Shown piece after piece: positions 51,779-64,000 of a stretch of 64,000 bases of DNA. Made by a program: the position numbers and the translations under genes. The stretch comes from Mytilus trossulus (lineage: Eukaryota). The first letter of the stretch is position 1. The number at the start of each line of letters is the position of its first letter. The notes below the pieces were generated by a model. That model saw only the letters and a program-made list of their open reading frames with translations, was not told where the DNA came from and did not search any database. The stretch is from positions 38,711,216-38,775,215 of the forward strand of contig NC_086385.1 in assembly GCF_036588685.1 (NCBI RefSeq), in the 5' to 3' direction.

Positions 51779-52369
51779 ATTGTTCCCACCATCCCCCAAT
51801 TCAATGGTTTTAAACCCGACTTCCAGGCCTAAACAACATATCCTCACACTTCCAATCATACTGTCCTAATCAAAAATATAAAAGTCGTGGTAATCATACC
51901 CGGTGCGCCTGGGTTTTTTTTTCATCCCATAGCTCACGATTTGCACAGCTCCATCGGTCAAGACGTTGTTCAGCTGTTTGTTAAGTCTTTCACATCCCCA
52001 AGTGCGGATATTTTTCTCTTTCTAGCACAAGATTATACTTTTTGCGAACCCACACTTCGTGTCATCATCGTTAATGTTTTTGTCATTCCATGGTGAGTCC
52101 TGACCTACTTCTCGCCATTTGAGAGTTTCCACGTCAGTATTTTCCAAAATTTCTACCTCTTGCGCCATATTCTCTCTCTGATCAGACATATTTGTAATCT
52201 TACAATCCATTGTGTTTATTCTATCTGTGAATTTTTTTTTGGGTGTGTTTTCTTTCTTCCACAAAGATACAGTTTCCCACGACCCAAACCACCAACGTTT
52301 TGCCCTCTTAACCTCGTCAACGAGCGTGCAAGATTTCCGGATTTCTAGGTCCGGTCCCAGCGAAATTCC

Positions 52370-53660
52370 CCTAAAAATGTTCACGCGTATTTCCATATTT
52401 AAGTCCTTCGTTACTCCGCGGAATAAATTGACTATATACCACTTGTTTTGTTTCTCTCTTTATAAGCTTCCGAATGAGATATAAGGTAGATCTGTAATTT
52501 AGGGCTGACGGGTACTAGCAGTCCATTCCATTATTCAAAATATTCATTTCATTTATCAAAATTGAGAGTTTCTTATTTTTCGTGCATATTTTGGCATTTA
52601 GGTCCATCGTAACCCCTCTAATGGTGATTGCGGCACATATTGTTTCTTCTCAGTTTATTCCTCTATTAATAAGCTTTGTTGTGACGTATAAATATTTCCT
52701 TAGTTAAGAGCTGACATGTTGCAGCTGTCCATTCCATTATTCAAAATTAGATATTTCTCAATGTTCACGCGTATTTTGATGATTTAATTCCTTCGTTTCT
52801 CCTCTAATAGACCTTGCGGTACATATTGACTATATACCTTTTGTTCATTTCTTAACAAGCTTTCGATTGAGGTATAATATATATCTGTAATCAGGGACTG
52901 AAGGGTCATAGCAGTTCATTCCATTATTCAAAATATCCATTTCATTATTCAAAATTGCCTATTTCTTAAATTGCACGCGTAACGAATATTTTCGACCTTC
53001 GTTACTCCTGTAATATGCGTTGCAGAATATATTGACTATATATCTTTTGTTCCTCACTTGATAAGCCTTCGAATGAAGTATGATATATATCTGTTATTCG
53101 TGGCTCAAGGGTCATAGCAGTTCATTCCATTATTCAAAATATCCATTTCATTATTCAAAATTGGCTATTTCCTAATTTGCACGCGTAATTCGATATTTTA
53201 GTCCTTCGTTTCTCCTCTAATATGCGTTGCGGAACATATTGACTATAAACCTTTTGCTCCTAGCTTGATTAGCTTTCGATTGAGTTATAATATATATCTG
53301 TAATTAGGGCTTGAATGGTCATAGCAGTCCATTTCCTTATTCAAAATATCCATTTCATTATTCAAAATTGGCTATTTCTCAATGTTCACGCGTATTTTGA
53401 TATTTAAGTCCTTCGTTACTCCTTATATGAGTTGAGGAACATATTGACTAAATACTTTTTGTTCCTCACTTGATAAGCCTTCGATTGAGGTATAATATAT
53501 ATCTGTAATTAGGGGCCGAAGGGTCATAGCAGTCCATTCTATTATTCAAAATATCTATTTCATTATTCAAAATTAGCTATTTCCTTATTTTTACGCGTTA
53601 TGTGGTATTGAGGTCCTCCGTAAACTCTCTTATGGTAATTGCGAATCAGGATATTGCTAT
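52370..53660 (-). repeat. ~207-bp tandem array in the right TIR
   Basis: acgcgt at 52767, 52975, 53181, 53388 and 53593; reverse complement of the left array. Confidence 0.9.
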
Positions 53661-53792
53661 AGTGTCACAGTCAATTTTTGTTGTGTATCTATTTCACTAT
53701 TCACCGCTTCAAGTTGAATAATGAAACATAAACTATTCCATTATTCATTATTCATTTTTTAATACTGAATAGTGAATAGTGAACTATTTCAT

Positions 53793-54075
53793 TTTTCTGT
53801 CTATGAAGAAATAACATAAAAAAGTTGGTGCACACTGAAAAATGCGCGTAGCGGGTTATTTAACAGTGTGCACCACATTTTTTATGTTATTTCGAATAGA
53901 CAGAAAAAATGTTACGGTCATTTCTTATAATTTAATTCTAAATTCCATTTTAAACCGTAGAAAACCATGAAAAAACGTTGATGACGTCACGGTCACATGA
54001 CTAAATTATGTCTATGGGCTCATAACAAAATATCGTCAGCCAATCAGAAGACGCGTTACATCCAAAATTAAATTA
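53793..54075. mobile_element. Hairpin-bearing ~280 bp element inserted in the right TIR
   Basis: Absent from the left TIR; palindrome tttctgtctat...tggtgcacactg / cagtgtgcacca...atagacagaaa. Confidence 0.75.
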
Positions 54076-54127
54076 TTATTGAAAAATGAATAATAAAACT
54101 ATGAATAATGGACGTACCTCAGCGCGA

Positions 54128-54240
54128 TTTTTAAATAATACAAATGAAGCATTTCTATATCCCTTATGGAAACCCCACATTTCACAACCATAATTCACAA
54201 TACTTGTTACATATGTATCAAATAAGGATAATGACAGTCT
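54128..54240 (-). pseudogene. Upstream part of the split CR1 LINE
   Basis: LFDTYVTSIVNYGCEMWGFHKG...MLHLYYLK joins YLKRILKVRK at 43465. Confidence 0.85.
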
Positions 54241-54278
54241 CAGTGTTATAACAATCATCATAAATCTTAGTTTATTAA

Positions 54279-55269
54279 AGCTGGGGTCACACATTCACGA
54301 TTTTACTACCGTCATTGACAGGACCATTCCGATTAAAAAAGATTAAAAATCTGATCAAGATCCTGTGAATCGTGAATGGAAATTCAAACTTAAATTAAAA
54401 TTTGTAAAAAAAATAATTTGATCACGACAACAATCAGATAGTGTTCAGGAAGCGTCGATATTCAACCGTTTCTTAGCGAATTAGTCCCGATAATCCCGTT
54501 GTGAATAAGCATCTTATCCGATTTGTATTTTTCGCCAGGTAAATTTCGACCGAGTCTGTCACGACTGCGTCCCGACTCTACCGAATGTAATCCGACAAAG
54601 ATCAGACAGTGACCAGACATTGAACCGACGCTGACGGAAGTTATCCGTTCGAAAACTGTCGGCTTATTCGGGATGATCAGGTACTGTCGGAACGTAATCC
54701 TATCATGATCCGCTATATCGCATTGCAAACGGCTTTGTCTGGTCTCAGCCGCATGGTATTCTGTAATTGTCGGGACTCGGACGTGGGTATCATTGACGAA
54801 TTTCGTATTAATAACGGGACTGTTTCGGAACGGTTTCGGCAAAAAACGGTTGGCAATCGACAAGATCTGGATGCAATCTGGACTCAATCGGCAGAAAAAC
54901 AGCTATGAAATTACTCCAGATCATTCCCGTTCCACAGGACAACGTCCAGAATACACAAGACATTGTCCGGAATTCGATCCGATACAGCAGAATCTGTCAC
55001 GACAAAGGCACAATAGTAATCCGACTAGACAAAATCGGCTGAGTTGCCCCGAATGTTACGGGACGCACCTAACTGTCGGGGTGCTTTGCCGAACTATTCG
55101 GAACCTTCCCGATCCGTAGGGATCTGTCACGAACTAAAACGACTGCGTTCAGACAACGATAGGACATTCCAGATAATTGAGGATACTAATCCGACTTTTT
55201 CACTTTTCGTGTCGTAATGTGGTCTGATCTCAAACGGGAGCAATAATCGGCAATGTGTGAACCCCGCAT
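54279..55269. mobile_element. Non-autonomous PIF/Harbinger-like element
   Basis: taa|agctggggtcacacatt ... aatgtgtgaaccccgcat|taa; interior rich in tccga/tcgga motifs. Confidence 0.7.
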
Positions 55270-55749
55270 TAAACAATATTTACTCAAAACGTGCATGAAA
55301 TATAAGTATACAATATAAATACAGGGATTTGGTAACAAGAAAAGCTTTTATAAATCCGTCTCCTTTTAAAAAAAATGACATAATTAGGAACATATTATAT
55401 AAGAAACTCGTATAATCTAATTTTCAATTCTCATTTAACATGTTTATTTTGTGGTTTGCCCGTTACTCAGAAGTCAGTTTGATCGAAAAATGTGATCAAC
55501 TCTTTTTATTATAATTATGGTTCATGTATCTGAGAAATATGTAAATGTTCCGAAAAAAAGGTAACATTAAATCAAAGTTTCAACATCTAAATCGATTTCG
55601 ACATAAAGATAATTGTTATGGACCAAATCTCCCTGTTTCTAAAATAAATCTTTGTACAACTTTAAAAATATTGTCGTTTTCCTCATCAATGTTGAGTTTA
55701 CTACCTGATACTAATGTTTGTACGTTATATATTGGTAGTATAGAAATGG

Positions 55750-57830
55750 TTTGTGCCCTGATGAGTCTCTAATTATGACTTTCTAGCAAATAGTGTTTGC
55801 TGCTCTCAACTTGCCCACATTTATAGAGGCTGGAAAGAACAATATTTTTTAGGAAAAGGTGTTAATTTAAGTCACTGCAGTTCAACCGGAGTCTGACGTG
55901 AAGTTTTTGGCCTTTTCTACAACCAGTCTTATAATATGTAGGGACTTTCTTAGTATCTCGATTTATGTAATTTTTAAGTGTAAATTTTGATGGATTACAT
56001 CTAACATCTTGTGGAAGCCTGTTCCATTCACAAATAACAGAGGGTAGTAAAGAATTTTGATAAAAGGTAGTTCTACAGTTCATATTTTGGACATTTAATG
56101 CACTTCTAGTATTATAGTTATAGACTTGATATAGTTGATGAGGTACGAGACTACAAAGATAATTAGGAGCTTGATCATGAAACATTTCGTGAAATTTAAT
56201 AATGTTATGTCTGGATCTTCTTTCACTCAGAGATACCCAACCAGTATCATAATAAAGATTAGATTTAGAGCAAAGCTTAGTTGCACCTGTGACTATACGA
56301 GACGCTTCTATTTTAATGCTCTCTAGTTTGTCCTTTAAATAAATTGGTATATTATCCCACACAGTATCGGCATATTCAAGAATAGGCCTGATAAAAATGA
56401 TATATATAACTTGTAGATTATTACGTGACAGCTTAAACTTTATACTCCTCTAAAGATTTAATTATAAGCGAGGCGTAGCTTTATGAATAATATAGTTTAC
56501 ATGACTTTCCCCAACAACCTTTTTCTTGAAAAATCAACCCTAAATGTTAATGTTCTTCAACCTCTTGTATCAGTGTATCATTCATATATATTGGTGGATG
56601 ATGGGGTTTTGCTCGTTTTCTAGATATGGTCATGGTTTCAGTTTTTCTTGGATTAAAATTAACAAGCCATTGTTGAGACCATTGGTGATTTTTTTCTATA
56701 TCAGAATTTATTAATTCAGATGTAGCATACTCGTCCTCAACAACTATATATAATAACGTATCGTCAGCAAAAAGTCTGATGTTGCATGATATGTCACACA
56801 CAATATCGTTTATGAATAAAGTTTGTAATAATTTTATAACAGGAAAAGAAATTAAATAAATATTTAAAAACACATTTTCCATCGTTTTACCAATAATAGA
56901 TAACAGAGAGATTGGTCTATAGTTTGATTAAATTTATTGAGAACCACTCTTAAAAACTGGTATCACATTTGCCATTTTCTATTCGTACGGATAAGTGCAT
57001 AATTGAAGTGACTTATTGAACAACAGAGCCAGGGGATAGCTTATTAATAATTCTAAAGCAGCATATTTAAGAATTCTGGACTAATGCGATCGGGGCCTGT
57101 TGCCTTAGACACATCTAACAAGAGAAGTTGGTCATAAACTTCCTCTTGCGTTATAATTATAGTATCTAATGTATGAATAATTTCATCTAAATTTAGTTCT
57201 GGGATATTAAGTGTTACAGATGACTCATCAACACTCGATTGATCCCAAAAGTAAGGATTAAATGCATTTGCTTTTTCCTCATTATCGTCTAAGTAGGTAT
57301 CATTTAATAAAATAGGGGGGTAGTCTGAGGATTTGGAAGGAAATCCAGCCAGGTTGCGCGATTTTTTTCCATCAATTCTTACTGGAATCTACGTTTGAAT
57401 GTAATAATTCACATTGTTTCTAAAATAACTGGTTTTTGCTAGTTTAATCAAGTTTACGCATTCATTCACAATTTTCTTAAAGTTTGCCCAAGACTCAGCA
57501 GACAGCTTTTTGTGTGAACGTTTCCGTTTACGAATTTGTCTCCTTATGAGTGACGTCATCCAAGGAGAATTTTTCGTGCGAACAACAATTAGTTTACTTG
57601 GTAAATGCTTGTTAGCAGCATCTAGAATTTTTTGTGTAACAATGGAGATTGCATTATTTAAATTTGTATCAAATAATGTGTCCCAGTCAACTTGTCTTAA
57701 CTCCTTGCAGTAGCGATCGAAGTCCCCTTTTTCAAAATCCCAAACCTTACGTTTAAATTGGGTGTATTTCGGTTTGTGCAAATTAAGTATTCCACTTACT
57801 GGACAATGGAACCTAGTGTAAAAAATCTTA
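55750..57830 (-). mobile_element. Decayed CR1-group LINE ORF2 (RT)
   Basis: SPWMT, YRPISL, IRLFADDT, WLVNFNPRKT, RPILEYADTVWDN and HVRLRLNCSDLN. Confidence 0.88.
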
Positions 57831-58089
57831 CTCAATAAACAAAATATAGCCTTTCCCCTGTTCAAATAGTGTTTTCTGTGTTACAGCAAAAGTACTGTTA
57901 TAGTTTATGAGTAGTCTGATCATTCAATGTATGTAATTTTTTGCATTAAAAATAAAATGTATTTATCGCTAATTGTAACTATCCTATATGTACTATGTAT
58001 AAATTAGTGTAATAGTCTCAGGTCATCGATTAAATTCAATAATGATTATTTTGTTAACCCATGGAAGAATTTTTTTTCATTTCTATGTA

Positions 58090-58575
58090 TTTTTACACAC
58101 CCGTCACAATTTTGACAGGACGTATTATTGTATACATACGTCTGTCCATCTGTCCTTCCTTTCATCCGTCCGTTCCTCAATCTATCAGTCATTCTGTCCG
58201 TCCGTCCATCTATCTATCCTTCTGTCCAGCGTAAATATGTCGCACCCTAACTTGAGAACAGCTAATCTGTTTTTCATGAAACTTAAAAGAGTTATTTCTT
58301 ATAATGGTCAAACGATCTGTAAACCTTTCAGTGAAAATCAAATTAAATCTTTTTTGAGTTATAGGACTTTGTAAGTACATTAGGAGTGTGTTTTTAACAT
58401 GTCGCGCCATATCTCAAAAACGATTGGTTATTATTGCATCAAACTTTACACACTTCTTAGTTATATAAATCTTAACTTCTGCATACTTTTTGGGGATTAT
58501 TTAAATTTTGTTTAAGCGTTATTTAGTTTTTTTTGTAAAAAAAAGGGGGGTTCACATATTGCGGTGTATCTCAAA
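58090..58575 (+). mobile_element. HINE/DINE-like element
   Basis: T-run start, short hairpin, degenerate (GTCC/ATCT)n tract and an internal repeat. Confidence 0.5.
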
Positions 58576-58579
58576 TATA

Positions 58580-61340
58580 AAAAAAAGAGGACGTGGTATG
58601 ATTGCCAATGAGACAACTATCCACAAAAGACCAAAATGACACAAACATTAAAACAACTATAGGTCACCGTACGGCCTTCAACAATGAACAAAGCCCATAC
58701 CGCATAGTCAGCTATAAAAGGCCCCGATAAGACAATGTAAAACATTTCAAACGAGAAAAATAACGGCCTTATTTATGTAAAAAAAAAAATGAACGAAAAA
58801 CAAATATGTTACACATAAACAAACGACAACCACTGAATTACAGGCTCCTGACTTGGGACAGGCACATACATAAATAATGTGGCGGGGTTAAGCATGTTGG
58901 CGGGATCCCAACCCTCCCCTTACCTGGGACAGTGGCATAACAGTACAACATAAGAACGAACTATAAAATTCAGTTGAAAAAGGCTTAAGGGGGCTCCTGG
59001 GTATAAATGATTTTTTTTTTCTAATATAGGATTTCGCTATATTTTTTCATAAATGAACTTTATCCTATACTTAAAAGAAAAATGAAATAAAAAAATGGGG
59101 TCACCGTTCATTTAAGCTAAAATCTGCCTCTGGAAGAAGCATACATTTTTGTAGATGTCCTTTTTTTCTGTTGAACTAATAGGAGAAAAAGAGGAAAGAT
59201 CGAAATAAAAAAATAACCTAATATAAGAAATCGCTTAAATTTTACAATTATTTAGTTTATGTACAGCTTATTTGAAAACAATAATAAAAAATGAAGGTCA
59301 CCGATGAGTTAAAAAAGATATTTCAAATTTAAGGCCAAAAAATGGCATTTTTGCACCAAAGGGAGATAATTTGGAGCTTTTTCAATTTTTAAAGTCATCT
59401 GGGGCCAAACGAAATCATTTTTTTTGGGTTGTTTTTTGTACCATATCATAAAGTAACAACTAATAGTGTAATAAATAAAACTTGTACCCACGAGCCACCT
59501 TAACTCATCAGATAGACAAAAAGTACAAGTGGACGTGGCCAGGTACTTATACATCCCGACACAAAAAGACACAATGAACAGATCTGAGAGTACTCACAGT
59601 TATCTGACAGCTAGTTCAAAGCCACTAACAACTAATAAAAACATCATGCATCTAAGACTAAACAATCAATCCGTACACATCCAACATCCAAACAATTTAG
59701 TGTAAAGACGTCATAAACAGCCGGAGAAAAACATGACCTTGTGCAATGCCAAATTACACGTATCGACAGATTGTAGATCCATTAATATGTATATGTATAT
59801 AACATACTAGTAATATTTAGTAAGCTTTTAATCTACTGATAACAACATCAATATTTATACCAATATAAACAATATTCAATGATCTTATTACAGTGTTGTC
59901 TTGAATAGGTAACCTTTTAGAATAAGTTTATTTGAAGGAGCGACAAATTTACATGGATCATCTAAATTTCCGGGCACGGTTAACAACATTTCCGTAAAAA
60001 TGAGGATGTGCTATCCCGTTTGAAATAAGTTTTCTACAGGTACAACCAAACTTCAAAACCAAATTTTTATATCTATGAAAATTTTTTAAAGGTTTTAAGT
60101 AATTTATGGTAACGATATCCCTGGTTTAATAATTTACCAGTAATACATAGGTTGCGTTCGTTAAAATCAAAAACGTCACAACAGACACGGGCATAGCGAA
60201 CAAGTTGTGAAATATAAACATCACCATCTAAAAATGGAAAATTAACAATAGGGAACGAAAAATCGTCTCTTTTGTCGTAAATTTTAGTGTGTAGTTTCCC
60301 GTTTTAAACGGAAATATCTAAATTCAGGAAAGGACAGTTATTAACGAATAAATTTTATATATTTAACGTAAGTTCCTTGGGGTAAATTTCAGCAGTATAT
60401 TGAGACAATTCTTGATTATTTAACGAAAAAATATCATCAAGATAACGGTAAGTGTTGAATTTATCAATTAAATGCAATTTCGACGGGTCTTTACTGAGTT
60501 TAGTCATAAACTGTGATTCTTAACAGTACAAAAACAAGTCTGCTATTAAAGGGGCACAATAAGTGCCCATGAGGATACCTACAACCTGTCGATAAACTTT
60601 GTTGCCGAAACGTACGTAAATATTATCAAGGAGAAAATTAACAGCTTCAATCATCTCATCACACCTCCAGTAAGTATATCTAGCATATTTACCTTTCTCA
60701 TTAGAGAAGAAGGCTTTAAATGAGTTGCAGCAAATATATCTACATTCAGCTTTAACAAACGACCATTTACTTAAATAGGAAAACTTTTGTTTAATAAGAT
60801 AGTGTGGAAGTGTAGTGTAAAGAGTAGAAAAATCAAAACTATTAACAGAATCAAAAAGACCATCAAAAGCCCGAAATTTATCTAAAACATCCAAAGAATT
60901 GTTTACACTCCAAAAATGGTTTATACCACTATGTTCATATATTTTATTACAAAAGTTTATGATAAGCTCTTTAATAGTAGTTAATGAACTAGTTAAGAGC
61001 TATGTAGTTTAGGTAGCCAATACATCGTAGGGACCTTCAAATGTTCAGAAGAAGCCTTACGCTTTGATGTGGTTGTGATATGCTTGTTTACTATACGACT
61101 CTCTGTGGAGCGGATGGACTTGAATGTAGATGAATTTAAAATTTCGTTCTTAAGAACGTCAGTGTAGTATTTACGTCAAACCACCACCACATTGTTGGCT
61201 GCTTTGTCGGCCGGTACAAACACAAACCGCTTTGAAAATATTTGAAGTTTATGTCTTATTCTGGAAATAGATGTGTAATGTACTCTATTATTAACTTCTT
61301 AATTATTTTTAAAATGTGATATTATCTTATCTACCATCTC
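58580..61340 (-). mobile_element. Penelope-like retroelement (decayed RT plus 3' UTR) with a MITE insertion
   Basis: FVPADKAANNVVVV, SFDFSTLYTTLPH, QVVGILMGTYCAPLIADLFLYC, RYLDD, KIYDKRDDFSFPIVNFPF. Confidence 0.9.
58989..59499. mobile_element. Kolobok-like TTAA MITE (second copy)
   Basis: ttaa|gggggctcctgggt ... acccacgagccacc|ttaa; reverse complement of 18293-18845. Confidence 0.8.
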
Positions 61341-61562
61341 GAAACCTATATAAAAATATCATAAAGTTATAAAATAGTTAGATATCAGTGTTTGATATTG
61401 AGTATTTATTAATTTTATATTCCATTTAAAATTAGTTTAAAGACAATAATTAGAAATAAGGGATACGCCTTTCATTAGGAAAATGTGTATTACTATAACT
61501 ACCAAGGTCTAAAAGTGCCCGTTTAAAATATATCTAAACACGCCGTGCATGTTTGTTTACAC

Positions 61563-61657
61563 ACCATTATTCCGACAGCCCATTAGTCCGACAGCCCATT
61601 GGTCCGACAACCCATTAGTCAGACAACCCAATACTCCGACAACCCATAAGTCCGACA
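61563..61657 (+). repeat. 16-bp tandem repeat (ccattagtccgaca[a/g]c) x6, probable subterminal repeat of a TIR element whose other end starts at ~63968
   Basis: Inverted units tgtcggaataatgg appear at 63969-64000. Confidence 0.7.
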
Positions 61658-61899
61658 CTTATCAAGTCAAGTATTAGGGTATCAGGGTACAATAAAACTT
61701 GTCTGTTTGTATTATTACGTTTAGATATTAAGAAATACAACAATGTATGACATAAGGCTCCGTATATACAACATAAGGCTGAGGTAGTTCGAATACTTTC
61801 TATGCACTCAATTCGAAATCTGTATATAGAATAGAACAGAAAATATTATTTCATTTTCCAAATTAAAGGGTATATAAACGGCATATAAATCAAAAACAA

Positions 61900-62330
61900 C
61901 CAGTGAAGGTGCGAGCTACTGATGATGCCACCGCACAAATACTTCGTTGTTGAGTTGTGACTCTGAAAAAGCCTCACAACGTATAGATGACTTATATAAA
62001 CCTTGAAACCAAATTTCAGAAATCATTGTATTGTAGTATTTCAGTTCCTGCGAAAAATGTGACGAAAATTTTCAACTTGTTCGTGTGAAAAGTGTTCGGT
62101 AAACAGGAATTTGTTGAGTAATGAATCCGAAAACGTATCACACGATATAGCCGACTTCGATAAACCTTTCAGAAATCCTTGTGATGTCGTTCATGAAAAA
62201 GATGCAACGAAAATATCCATGGAACGGACGGACGAACTGACGTACTGGCTGACTGACGAGTGGACGGTTGAATGAACGGACAGACAGAGGTAAAACAGTA
62301 TATTCCCACTTTTGCGAATCGGCGGTATAA
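61900..62330 (-). mobile_element. HINE/DINE-like element
   Basis: Internal ~150 bp repeat, (GGAC)n-like tract at 62220-62288 and terminal ggtataa. Confidence 0.5.
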
Positions 62331-64000
62331 TGCTTGGGTCAACATTAAGACTTTATATTACTAATATCATAGTAATATGATATAATTATCTTTATAACAC
62401 CGTAAGCCTCAGTCACAATCGGAGCCAAAACAAAATAGAAAAAACCCATGCAACTAGCACATTGATATCAAATACTAGTCAGGATCAAACCATGTACTAC
62501 ATAATTCGAAAGAACTAACAATATAATCATCATTTTTTCCCCTATAATAGTAAAGTTTTCTTGTGTTTACATCGAAGATTTATAATATTTATCTAACTTT
62601 TCAAAGTTACATGTGCTAGACTAAATATGCTCAAAGAGTTCCTCCCTCAAATTTATATAATGTGACCATTCGATTGAAAAATGACGCTCATCCTCAACTG
62701 TATTAGCTGTACAATACGATTTTTTGAATATCTGGCATTTTCAATTCTAAATGTAATGGGTGAGTACCGATTCTTAATTCACATATGAACTTCCTTTCTT
62801 AAGATCAATGATAACTAAATATTTTTCTCCTTGAAAACAATATTTAAATGAAAAATAAGTGTCAAGTTTGCCACACAACAGATAATGTAGTAAGTTTTTA
62901 CAATTATACAATTTGAGAAAGACACAAGGAGGACAAAAATGTCACACATTGTCTTAAATTTTATACTACTGTACATGTAATTGGCATTGGCTTTTATACT
63001 GCACTCGTTCTATTTGAGCAGTCAAAATACGTTGACTATTTATTTCTATGTCATAAACAGTCACTGACCCGACATCACTTTTCCTCATGAATATTTAAAA
63101 AAATAGAAGTTGCCGAAATGTTCATGTCCGTCATATTTGTTTTTCGTAATAAGTTTTGTTGTTAATCATCAGTCCTGAACTTCCTTCAACTATTATAAAA
63201 GAGACATATTTTTCTAGTTTTTGAAATAAGCTCGGGATATACAAATAAATTGAGTGTCATCTCTCAGACGATGTCTGATCGATCGCTATTGGAAATGCTG
63301 TGTACGTACTGGCTCCGTATTTCGTGGATTCACATTCCCGATTATGGTACCGTATTCATAATTGGAATTGCTAATCTTTTCTGAGCACATATTTCGTCCT
63401 ATTTGTCATCTTATTTTTTAGGATCTAGGAATGTATTTGTCTCTTTGTTTTTCTCAATTTGACTGACACTACATTAGTCCCTTATTTCTTCGACAAAATG
63501 TATTTAAATAAAACTCAGACTAGTGATACAAGAGGTAGAAAGTGTTGCGACCAAAGAGGGCGGGTAGTGTTATCCAACTCCGATATATTTCTTTAGGTAG
63601 TTAATAGTGATGAAACCTCACTCCACTGATACGCGAAAGGGGGTAACCGACGATCTAGTGAAAGAAGGTAGATCAAGACACACACAAAAAACACAGCGAA
63701 CTAGAACAGCACATACTGACAGTGGACACATAAACGACGAAATGTAAACTTTTTAAGAAAAATAAAATACCAAGACACGTAAAACGAAAGAGGGACCAGG
63801 GTAAGGACTGAGCAGTTGCAATCAGCATGTGTATTAACTCCAATATACTAAGGCTTATATCCCGCATGGAAAGAATAATTGGGATCAAAACGGACAACTA
63901 CAAATATTACAGAGAACGGAGTTGGTCTTTTTAGAGAAAATTTACCCATACACATAAGAAAAATGCAATGTCGGAATAATGGCCTGTCAGAGTAATAGGA

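Larger units (their letters stand above)
43466..54127. mobile_element. Composite element: ~2 kb imperfect TIRs enclosing a decayed Polinton/adintovirus gene block
   Basis: Left TIR 43466-45470 matches the reverse complement of 51929-54127 (ends ccgcggtgaagtatgtccattattcatag / ctatgaataatggacgtacctcagcgcga). Both sides are flanked by tttttaaataa within a CR1 ORF. Confidence 0.88.

Noticed and set aside
43466-54127. Intact canonical Maverick/Polinton or active virus
   Set aside because: No pPolB or protease was found, the core viral genes are disrupted, and the termini and TSD are non-canonical.
54462-55119. Overlapping ORFs inside the Harbinger-like element
   Set aside because: No recognisable domains; they are explained by higher GC and motif reiteration.

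Overview
AT-rich animal genomic DNA. It is most likely a bivalve mollusc (Mytilus-like); this is inferred from the repeat families, not from a search. There is one apparently intact host gene (251-9926, 5' end outside the window): a spliced single-Ig-domain type I membrane receptor whose tail carries ITIM- and ITSM-like tyrosine motifs. The rest is nested mobile DNA: Penelope-like retroelements, minimal hammerhead ribozyme repeats, CR1-group LINEs, an Ngaro/DIRS tyrosine-recombinase retrotransposon and several MITEs, one with Transib-like ends. The most unusual object is a ~10.7 kb composite element (43466-54127). Its ~2 kb imperfect terminal inverted repeats (TIRs) are built largely from 207-bp tandem units. 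They enclose a ~6.4 kb decayed Polinton/adintovirus block: truncated integrase, parvovirus-type PLA2, packaging ATPase, major and minor capsid, core and membrane proteins, with no recognisable pPolB or protease. It splits a CR1 LINE with an apparent 7-11 bp target duplication (TSD) rather than the 6 bp typical of Polintons. Its left 7 kb is also present in a recent 8.44 kb tandem duplication (33606-42040 / 42042-50485). All calls were made by eye and coordinates of decayed elements are approximate.
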